This document shows positions 41,501-50,473 of a stretch of 64,000 nucleotides of DNA, in pieces. Every line of letters begins with the position of its first letter. Positions within the stretch are counted from its first letter, which is position 1. The translations under genes and the position numbers were made by a program. The stretch is from Eledone cirrhosa (lineage: Eukaryota): positions 375,906,001 to 375,970,000 of the forward strand of contig OZ024740.1 in NCBI GenBank assembly GCA_964016885.1, written 5' to 3'. Under the pieces are notes generated by a model. It saw only the letters and a program-made list of their open reading frames with translations, had not been told where the DNA came from and searched no databases.

Positions 41501-44423
41501 ACCAGGTCAACAATTTAGTTAAGAAAAAGTTGACAGGGGGAGTCGTCGACAATAGATGGTGGGGGGCTCTCAAAAGAGAGATTAGAGTAATGTCAATTGA
41601 GTTTAGAAAAAGAAGTAGCATTAGAGAAAAATAGAAATGAGGGGGAGTTGGTAGATAAGTTAGACGAGGCTATTTGTAGTGGCATTGCAACTGACGTGCT
41701 AGTGGCGAGAATGGCATTAGACCATTTCTTCAATGCGAAACACGAAGGTTGCATTGTCAGAGCTAAGGCGCGTGCTCTGAGAAACGAGGGAACCAAAGCT
41801 GTTCGATGGGCCTGCGTGGCAGAGGCGCAGCGTGGAAATAAAACCACGATTCGGTCTTTGACGGACCGAGACGGGCACGAGCTGAGCGATTCCAAGAGGA
41901 TGTGTGACGCCTTTCGCCAACATTTTGCTCGGTTGTTCGGGGGAAGTGGCGGTCAGAGATGTTGGCGGACTTCAGTCGCTACCTCGATGGCCTGCCGCAA
42001 CTCTCGACGGCTGACGCTGGGCGCTGCGAAAAGCCAATTACTTCAGCCGAGATTTAGGATGCCCTTGTCGTCTGCATGAGGCTTAAGTCACCCGGTTTTG
42101 GATGGTCTGCCCTACGATCTTTACGTAAATATGCCAGACTTGTTCTCCAATCTCCTCGAAACCCTCTACTGCAACTGGCAGGAAAACGGGAGTATTCCCA
42201 GTTCTGTGAGCCGGGGCGTAGTGACGCTGATAAGGAAAGACGAGAACAAGAGGGAGACATTAGACAATTTCAGGCCCATAACTCTGCTCAACGCAGAGTT
42301 TAAGATTTTGGCCAGGGTGTTAGCGAAGGGGTTGGCGCTTGTCACCGGGGATTTGGTTGGGGAGGCGCAAACTTGCGCAATCCCAACCAGGTCCATACAC
42401 GACAACCTCCACATAATGCGATACATCATAGGGAGGGTAGGGTGTAAACCTGGCTTCGACGGGGCTCTGATCAATTTAGATCAATCGAAAGCATTCGATA
42501 GGGTCGACCATCGGTACATGGAGGCTGTCCTCAAGGCGTATGGCTTCGGCCCCGTCTTCAGAAGCTGGATGGCTGCAATGCACAGCGGCACCTGCTCGAT
42601 GGTCAAAATTAATCGCCACCTTTCGGAACCGTTTCACATCTCCCGATCGGACCGTCAAGGGTGCCCTCTCTCCTCCCTTCTGTACGTCTTGACTCTCGAG
42701 CCTTTACTGCGGAAGCTGGAGCTGTTGCAGGGCATCCCGCTCGAACCGGTACGCGGAAAGGCTATGTCGGCTTATGAGGACGACATCACCGTGATGGTGT
42801 CGGACACCTCAGAAATCAAGGTGGTCGGCAACTTATTGGAGGAATATGAAAGGTTGACGGGAGCAAAACTTAACCCGGAAAAGTCAGTGGGCTTGAAACT
42901 CGGCACCTGGAGAGGCAAGTCCATACCGTCCAACAGCGTCATTAAGCGCTGGACCGACGGACCGGTAAAGTTGCTAGGGGTTTGGTTCGGGCCAGACCTC
43001 CAGGTGGATAAGAATTGGGACGAGGTGACGAGCAGGGAAGTCAGTCTCACCCAGAAATGGGCTGGGATCAAGCTATCACTGAAATGTCGGGCGGAGGTGA
43101 CGAACGCGTACATCGCGTCCGTCATCTTCTACCGTCTGACTGTCGTCCCTTGCCTCCGTAGGCGCCTCGCCATCTTGGAGGGCTCCTCTTCAAATTTTGT
43201 GGAGGGGTCAGGTTCCGCTGGTGAGGCGGTCCAGCTGCTGCCAGCACCCTCTACGTGGAGGGCTGGGCATGCCGTGGCTAATGATGCGCAGGCACGCGCT
43301 GAGGCTGAGGCATCTCCAGATATTCTGCCTAAACGATGAACATGTGTGGTCGCCGTTTGTCAGACGGGCCTTTCCGCAGCTCGTTTCTTTGACTGAGTTG
43401 CAGTCCTGGGTCAAGAAGAGACCGAGACTGGGTGACTGTAATCTGGAATGTTGCCAGGCACTCACTGCCCTATACCAGGCGGGAAATGCAGTCAGTGGAA
43501 CTTCCACTCTCGAGTTCTATAGAGGATTAGTGGTGGGCAAGTGCGACGACGCACTCGGAGAGGCTCTGGGAGTCAACGAAGTCGAACTAACCAGTCTGAA
43601 CCGGAGGACTTTCGAGCCGGGGACGATGGATAATTTCCAAAAATCCCTCGCTTGGCAGTGCTACCGGGGGCACTGCCGGTTCGAGATATACTCTACAGGC
43701 ACGGAAGTGCTGTCAGACGGACCTGCCCGTGATGCGTGCAGAGCGACGAAACCGTTCTGCACGCACTCCTCCAGTGTCCGTGCATTACTGACTTGTGGAG
43801 TTATGTTGAACAGCTGTTGTCGCGTGTAGAACGGATCCGGCTATCGGCCGAGTCCATAGTGAAGATCGACCCGCCGCCTTCTTTTGGCCAGGAAGGGCAG
43901 GCAATTTTCCTCTGTCTGGTCGCAGTAGCGAAAGAGGTTGTATGGTGGACGAGGTTGAAAGACTGAAGACAGACACTTTTCTCTTCGGCCAATCCCTCAT
44001 CAAGGAAGGTGAGGGTGGAGAGAGAAGTGCTGCTCCCCAGTACATTTGCTGAAAGGTGGGTGAATGTGACGAGAATGGCCCGTGTGAGTGGGCCTACTCT
44101 GGTCATGCAGCTGTAGGTAGGTAAATTTGAAGAGGAGAGGTGTGCCCTTCCAGGGTGCCCTTCCAGGGTGCTCTCGAAGCGTCGGGTCGTTCAGGACTGG
44201 TGGGGTACCTGAGCAAACCCTAGGTGGCCATCCCCCCTATTGGGGAATTTTTTCTTGTTGTAATTTCATGGTTACTTTATTGTTACTTTGTTATTGTTAC
44301 TTTGTTATTGTTACTTTGTTATTGTTATTCATATTGTTTACTCGATATTTCTGTAAAACCCCACTGTCCCAGTCTTTTGTATTGTCCCCTATATGTCGGC
44401 CCCTTTGGCCAATAAATGAAATC
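38522..44423 (+). mobile_element. Tx1/L1-clade LINE family B, copy B2 (distinct 5' UTR and ORF1 N-terminus, degenerate)
   Basis: ORF2 from 40720 closely matches B1 and B3. ORF1 knuckle CFVCGE..HLRAFC is frameshifted. Asn-rich N-terminus; 5' end ggtctaagcgg. Confidence 0.92.
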
Positions 44424-44428
44424 ATTAC

Positions 44429-44462
<34 letters not shown>

Positions 44463-44671
44463 GGCGACCTACGTAGGAAATCGTATTATCGTGAGCTCCG
44501 CAAAGGTTTGTTATTTCCGTTTGTTTAAAAATTGCCATTTATGGAAAATTTTATTGTAAACTGTTTATAAGCACACATACATTGTTTTCCGAAAAGGACA
44601 CCCAAAAAGATTGGGGCCTTGTGCCCAAAATTTTAACTTTTATTATTATCCAAAAATTTCTTTGAAAAAAA

Positions 44672-46663
44672 ATGGCTAATTCCCCTCTGCACGAAGCAGC
44701 TGAAAGCCTTCCTCACAAAATAACACCTCACACCGACACCACCATTGTAAATGTTACTACGTTTGCCAACACAAAAAAAAATATAAGCAGTAGCAATATT
44801 TTAAATTTGTCTCAGGCAGACATTCATTTCCCGCCATTACCAATGACTGCAGGTGTTAAACCCTCCACCACCACCACCACCGCAACAACCACCACCACCA
44901 CCACCACCGCGACAACAGAAACAAAAGAAGAAAAAAATAAATTAACTCGTGACGTCGAAATGAAATCAAGCAAAATGGACTCTTCCCCACCAAAGACGAC
45001 TGACGTCACAACCACCACAACTGAAAATAAAATTAATATTAACGATAGCAACAACAACAACAATGACATTATAAAACCGACCCTCAGTTTCGCCATCGTA
45101 GCAAAACAATTCGAAGCGTTCACGGTAACCCAAGAAGATTTAGAAAATGCCAAACAAATGGTAAAGAAAGATGGGTACAGGGTCAGCCTCACCCCCCCCC
45201 CCCCACCTAATAAAATGGAGCATCGGCGCCTGTGCACCGTGTCGGATAGAACAATAAATGTAAAATCGCGCCGAGTGGAACGGGCATCCGAGTCCCAAAT
45301 CCAAAAAGCTTTGGGACATGTGTGGGCAAGAAAAACCCACATCAGACGTGGGCAAAAGTATGGAACCGTGGATGTGTTCTTTGAAACACCAGAGGAGGCT
45401 AGAGAACACTCCATGGCCCCATTAAAAAGTGACGACCTCACACTCGTCCCAAGCTATTGTGGCCAGAGACTCGTAAAGATCAGGGTGACCCACGTTCCAC
45501 CGGCCATCGAAATTCCCTGGCTAATAGCGGCTGTCCTCACCGGCATCGAAGCCAACACGAAAATAATAGCAGTAGCAAAAGAAAAGCAGGAAAACTGGTC
45601 CGGATCTGGGATGGAGCTCCTGATCCAAGCGGACCAAAAAAGCATTGAGGAGATCCCAGAGGTAATAGACCTCACTGACGGCAGCCACCTCACGGTAATT
45701 GTCGAGGGCAGAAGACCTAGGTGTGTCGTTTGTGGTGAAGGAACCCACCTAAGGGCTTTCTGCCCTCAGGCTAAAAGGTTGAGGCCACCTCTCCTACCCA
45801 CCCCAGTGACAAAACCATCAACACCACCAGTAGCAGAGATGGTAGCAACAACTGTAGCAGCAACAACAGAAGCAACTATAACAGCAACAACCCCAGCAAC
45901 AGTAGCAAAACCAACACCACTACCACCACCAGCAAAACCAACACCACCACCACCCAACGCTTCAGAACTAGCACCAGCGCCTACACCATCCACCACACCA
46001 CAACCAAAACTAACGGCTGTGGAGGATTTTCCACTCCCCGGCCTATCACAACTGGAGACAGATTGTGACGACGAGGAGTGGGAAACGATATCCGGAAAAA
46101 AAAAAAGAAACCAAAAAAGAAAAATTTCTCTTCCTTCCCCCTCCAAAAACAAAATACAGAGGGAAACAAATAAACTAAGAAACAAAAAAGTTAGGACAGA
46201 TATGCCACCATCCACACCAGCATCACCAACCCCATCAACCCAAACACCAACACCATCACCATCATTATCCCCAGCACCACCATCACCTACACCACAAAAG
46301 TCACCAAAATTCGAAACAGAAACAAACCCACAACAAACGCAAACAAAACAAAACAACCAAAACGATACACACTACACAGCATTAAATTTGAACAACAAGC
46401 AATTATTACACTACATCCAACACAACACCAGCATCACAGAAAAAGACTACACAACAACCCCAAAATTCACACCACCTCCACACATACAAATCACTCGCAT
46501 CACACAGAAAACGTACATGACACTAAAACAAAAATTCCCCAAAGACATCGGAGACTTCCGACAAGCACTCTCCAGGAGGATTTATAAGGACATCCTTCCT
46601 GAGGAGGCCACAAGCAGTGAAAAGGATGGAAAAGCCGTCCTTCCCCTACGAGAAGTAAGGTAA
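44672..46663 (+). CDS. ORF1p: putative RRM-like region + CCHC zinc knuckle, T/P-rich linkers, conserved C-terminal domain
   Basis: Uninterrupted 663 aa with IVEGRRPRCVVCGEGTHLRAFC (CX2CX4HX4C), located upstream of ORF2. The RRM assignment is inference. Confidence 0.9.
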   Translation: MANSPLHEAAESLPHKITPHTDTTIVNVTTFANTKKNISSSNILNLSQADIHFPPLPMTAGVKPSTTTTTATTTTTTTTATTETKEEKNKLTRDVEMKSSKMDSSPPKTTDVTTTTTENKININDSNNNNNDIIKPTLSFAIVAKQFEAFTVTQEDLENAKQMVKKDGYRVSLTPPPPPNKMEHRRLCTVSDRTINVKSRRVERASESQIQKALGHVWARKTHIRRGQKYGTVDVFFETPEEAREHSMAPLKSDDLTLVPSYCGQRLVKIRVTHVPPAIEIPWLIAAVLTGIEANTKIIAVAKEKQENWSGSGMELLIQADQKSIEEIPEVIDLTDGSHLTVIVEGRRPRCVVCGEGTHLRAFCPQAKRLRPPLLPTPVTKPSTPPVAEMVATTVAATTEATITATTPATVAKPTPLPPPAKPTPPPPNASELAPAPTPSTTPQPKLTAVEDFPLPGLSQLETDCDDEEWETISGKKKRNQKRKISLPSPSKNKIQRETNKLRNKKVRTDMPPSTPASPTPSTQTPTPSPSLSPAPPSPTPQKSPKFETETNPQQTQTKQNNQNDTHYTALNLNNKQLLHYIQHNTSITEKDYTTTPKFTPPPHIQITRITQKTYMTLKQKFPKDIGDFRQALSRRIYKDILPEEATSSEKDGKAVLPLREVR

Positions 46664-46697
46664 GTGGTCTTTCCCATCTTTTCCACTCCTTTTCAAC

Positions 46698-49600
46698 ATG
46701 ACCTCACTCAGAATAGGCAGCATAAATGCGCGTGGCTTGGGGTCGTCATGGAAGCAGGGCCACCTGCTCAACGACCTCAGGTCACTAAACATAGATGTAG
46801 TGGCCATCAGCGAGACCAGAATCTCCGAAGCACAAGCTTTCGCACCGATCTTCGGCGGCTACGATGTGTACGCATCTCCCAGCCGTCCGGGATCGGGGGG
46901 AGGAGTTGCTGTGCTTTTTCGGAGAGGTTTGGATCTTGCCATACGGGCCATCTTCCTGGACCCAGAAGGTAAGTTGGTGGTGCTGGACGTGACCAGCGGA
47001 GACGGGCAAGCTTTCAGGTTAGTGGCCGTCTATGCCCCGACAGGAGCAGGGCGGCCTGATTTCTTCCGGCGTCTGGAGACCTTTCTTGGAACGTCCCGCT
47101 CTTTAGTGTTAGTGGGCGACTGGAACGGGATCTTAGATGCACGCTGGGATTGTGTGGGATTAGTGGATAGGGAAGGAGGGTGCAAGAGTCTCACCAACCT
47201 GCTCAGACGTTTTGAACTGTCTGACAGGTACCGAATGGATTTCCCGAATGTACCAATGTGGACTTGGACAAATCGCATAGGGTCATCCAGATCATATCTA
47301 GATAGAGTATTTTGTAGGGAAATAGATAGGTCTAGCATAGGCTGTCCACAATTCAAGATAGTCAGCTACACGGACCACAAATTCGTGATCTGTGTGCTTG
47401 ACTTAGATAGGCTTCATAGACAAGGACCCGGCTACTGGAAGCTAAACGCGTCCTTACCAGCGCGCAAGGCCTACAGAGACCGGATTAGCGAACTAGTTAA
47501 GCGGGCGTTGACGGGGGCCATCGTCAACAACAAGTGGTGGTTTGCTCTGGAAAGAGCAATTAGAATAGAGTTCATTAGGTTTAGTAAGACTTTAGCAATA
47601 GAGATAAATAGAGCAGAGGGAGAATTAGTTAGAAAATTAGATGAGGCGCTTAGCAAAGGCATCGAGACCGACGTACTTGCGGCGAAATTGGCCCTTGACC
47701 AATTCTTCAATGCAAAGCACGAAGGCTGCGTTGTCAGAGCTAGGGTGCGTGCTCTCAGACACAAGGGGACGAAAGCCGTTGAATGGGCCCGAGTGGCGGA
47801 GGCGCGTCGTGGCAACAAAGCCACGATCCGGTCTTTGGTGGACCACGACGGGCGCATGCTACTCGATCCCGGGCAAATGTGTGAAGCTTTTCAGCGACAC
47901 TTCGCTCAACTGTTCGAGGGCAGTGGCGGGCCGGATCGAGGGATGGACTTTAGTGTCTACCTCGACGGACTGCCGCGGCTTTCGGCCACTGAGGCGGAGT
48001 GTTGCGAAAAGCCGATAACAACCGCTGAAGTACGGGATGCAATGACTAGTTGCACAAGGGGCAAATCGCCTGGTTTGGATGGTCTGCCCTATGAACTTTA
48101 CGTACAAATGCCAAACTTGTTCGGAGGCCTCTTGGCGGACGTCTACTGCAACTGGCAACAGAACGGGAGAATTCCCAGCTCTGTGAGCCGAGCAGCGGTG
48201 GCGCTGCTGAGAAAGGATCCGAACAAGGGGGATAACATAGATAATTTTAGGCCCATAACTCTGCTAAACACAGAGTTCAAGATTTTGGCCAAGGTGCTAG
48301 CAAAGAGGTTGGCGCTTGTCGTTGGTGGTCTGGTGGGAGAGGCACAGACATGCGCCATTCCCGACAGATCCATCCACGACAACCTCCACCTCATGCGATA
48401 CATCGTAGAGAGGGTAGCTAGGGAACCTGGCACGGGTGGGTCTTTGATCAATTTAGATCAGTCGAAAGCCTTCGATAGGGTCGACCATCGTTACCTAGCG
48501 CTAGTCCTGAGGGCGGCTGGCTTTGGGCCCGTCTTCAGAGGCTGGATCGCTGCCATGCACAGCGACATCTGCTCTGTAGTGAGAGTGAACGGTCACCTTT
48601 CGGAACCGTTCAACATCATGCGCTCGGTCCGCCAAGGATGTCCCCTCTCGTCCCTATTGTACGTATTGACTCTCGAGCCATTACTGCACAAACTGGAGAC
48701 GTTGAGGGGGGTCCCGCGCGAACTAGGATTCGGAAGATCCGTGTCAGCATATGCCGACGATGTCACCGTAGTGGTGTCGAACGCCAAACACATCGAGGCG
48801 ATCGGCACTACACTAAGAGAATACGAAGCGGTGACAGGAGCAATGATCAACCAGGAAAAGTCAGTGGGCCTGCAGCTCGGCACCTGGAGAGGCAGGTCCA
48901 TGCCGTCCAACAGCGTCGTCGGGCGCTGGACGGACGGACCGGTTAAATTGCTAGGGGTCTGGTTCGGTCCAGACCTCCAGACGGACAAAAACTGGGACGA
49001 GGTGACGAGCAGGGTGGCTTCTCTCACCCAGAAATGGGCCGAGAGGAAGCTATCCCTAAAAGGTCGAGCGGAGGTGGCGAATGCGTACATCGCATCCGTC
49101 ATCTACTACCGCCTGACCGTCGTACCTTGTCCTAAGCCCCGCCTGACTGCGCTGGAGCGTTTGCTCTTTCGCTTCTTGTGGAAGGGACGCGCTCCGATGG
49201 TCAGGCGGTCCATCTGCTGTCAACACCCGCTACGTGGAGGGCTGGGCATGCCGTGGCTGATGATGCGCAGACACGCGCTCAGGCTACCACATCTCCACCT
49301 CTTCCTCGACGGTGATCAGGTGTGGTCGCCGTTTGCAAGACACGTTGTTCCCCAGCTCGTCTCCTTGACGGAGCTGCAGTCCTGGGTCAAGCGAAGACCG
49401 AGAGGGAGCGCTTGGAGACTGGAATGTCTTCAGGCGCTCACAGCCCTCGACCAATCGGGCAATGTGATCGGTGGAAACTCCACCTTGGCGTTCTATAGGG
49501 GATTAGTGGAGGGGAAGAGCGACCACGTACTTGGAGAAACTCTAGGCGTCGACGAAAATCAACTAGCCAATCTCTTCGGAAGGACTTTCGGGCCGGGGCC

Positions 49601-50117
49601 TATGGACAACTTCCAGAAATCCCTGGCCTGGCAGTGCTACCGAGGAGCTTTGCCAGTTCGGGATAAACTCTACAGGCATGGAGGTGCCGTCAGCTGGGCA
49701 TGTCCGAGATGCGCGCAGGGCGACGAAACCGTCCTGCACGCACTCGTCCAGTGTCCGAGCATTGCTGACTTGTGGGTTTATGTCGAACACCTGCTGTCAC
49801 GTGTAGGACCTATCCAGCTATCAGCTGGGTCCATCGTGAGGATTGCCCCGCCCCCTTCCTTTAGCCTGGAAGGGCAGGCAGTTTTTATCTGTCTGGTGGC
49901 CATGGCGAAAGAGATAGTATGGTGGACACGTTTGAAAGGGCTGAAGACGAGCACTTACCTCTTCGGTGATGCCCTGATTAACTTTTTCAAATTTCATTTG
50001 AAAAGGAAAATCAGGGTAGAGAGGGAAGTGCTCTCTTCCCAGCATTTTGTTGAAAGATGGGTGAGAGAAGCAAGTATGGCCCGAATGAATGGGCCTTCTC
50101 TGAGTATGTGTCTGTAA
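46698..50117 (+). CDS. ORF2p: APE endonuclease - reverse transcriptase - CCHC
   Basis: INARG, SET, VYAP, GDWN, YLDR, TDH, GYWKLN, KSPGLDG, NFRPITLLN, LDQSKAFDRVDH, RQGCPLS, YADD, CPRCAQGDETVLHALVQC. Confidence 0.97.
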   Translation: MTSLRIGSINARGLGSSWKQGHLLNDLRSLNIDVVAISETRISEAQAFAPIFGGYDVYASPSRPGSGGGVAVLFRRGLDLAIRAIFLDPEGKLVVLDVTSGDGQAFRLVAVYAPTGAGRPDFFRRLETFLGTSRSLVLVGDWNGILDARWDCVGLVDREGGCKSLTNLLRRFELSDRYRMDFPNVPMWTWTNRIGSSRSYLDRVFCREIDRSSIGCPQFKIVSYTDHKFVICVLDLDRLHRQGPGYWKLNASLPARKAYRDRISELVKRALTGAIVNNKWWFALERAIRIEFIRFSKTLAIEINRAEGELVRKLDEALSKGIETDVLAAKLALDQFFNAKHEGCVVRARVRALRHKGTKAVEWARVAEARRGNKATIRSLVDHDGRMLLDPGQMCEAFQRHFAQLFEGSGGPDRGMDFSVYLDGLPRLSATEAECCEKPITTAEVRDAMTSCTRGKSPGLDGLPYELYVQMPNLFGGLLADVYCNWQQNGRIPSSVSRAAVALLRKDPNKGDNIDNFRPITLLNTEFKILAKVLAKRLALVVGGLVGEAQTCAIPDRSIHDNLHLMRYIVERVAREPGTGGSLINLDQSKAFDRVDHRYLALVLRAAGFGPVFRGWIAAMHSDICSVVRVNGHLSEPFNIMRSVRQGCPLSSLLYVLTLEPLLHKLETLRGVPRELGFGRSVSAYADDVTVVVSNAKHIEAIGTTLREYEAVTGAMINQEKSVGLQLGTWRGRSMPSNSVVGRWTDGPVKLLGVWFGPDLQTDKNWDEVTSRVASLTQKWAERKLSLKGRAEVANAYIASVIYYRLTVVPCPKPRLTALERLLFRFLWKGRAPMVRRSICCQHPLRGGLGMPWLMMRRHALRLPHLHLFLDGDQVWSPFARHVVPQLVSLTELQSWVKRRPRGSAWRLECLQALTALDQSGNVIGGNSTLAFYRGLVEGKSDHVLGETLGVDENQLANLFGRTFGPGPMDNFQKSLAWQCYRGALPVRDKLYRHGGAVSWACPRCAQGDETVLHALVQCPSIADLWVYVEHLLSRVGPIQLSAGSIVRIAPPPSFSLEGQAVFICLVAMAKEIVWWTRLKGLKTSTYLFGDALINFFKFHLKRKIRVEREVLSSQHFVERWVREASMARMNGPSLSMCL

Positions 50118-50365
50118 ATTAAAGGTGGAAAACTGGGAGAGGGCACTTGCCCTGGTGGTCAGGGCCACTGTGGTCTTTTAATGGGCTTTCTCCACAAATG
50201 TCCCTTGGAAGTCTCCCCCCTATTGGGGAATTTTTCTTTGTTATTTTATTTCAACCTCTGTTTTTTCACACGCAGAAATGCCCATTTGTACCGTCCTGTA
50301 TTGTCCTGTACTGTCCTTAATGTCTACTTTATGTGAACCCTTGTGGTTAATAAAGAAAACATTAC

Positions 50366-50425
<60 letters not shown>

Positions 50426-50466
50426 GCACTGGGTAATTGCTGGCCTTGTGCTAAAAGTAGACACAA
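50426..50466 (+). mobile_element. SINE 3'-terminal fragment in (ATT)n
   Basis: cactgggtaattgctggccttgtgctaaaagtagacacaa matches 32663-32704. Confidence 0.8.
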
Positions 50467-50473
50467 TTATTAT

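Larger units (their letters stand above)
44463..50360 (+). mobile_element. Tx1/L1-clade LINE family A, copy A3: full length, both ORFs intact
   Basis: ~210-nt 5' UTR, ORF1 663 aa, 34-nt spacer, ORF2 1139 aa, ~240-nt 3' UTR with AATAAA, flanked by (ATT)n on both sides. Confidence 0.96.

Noticed and set aside
44824-49102. Recurrent antisense ORFs of 100-200 aa inside Tx1 copies
   Set aside because: Shadows of the sense ORFs and low-complexity ACC/AAC repeats; no independent motifs.
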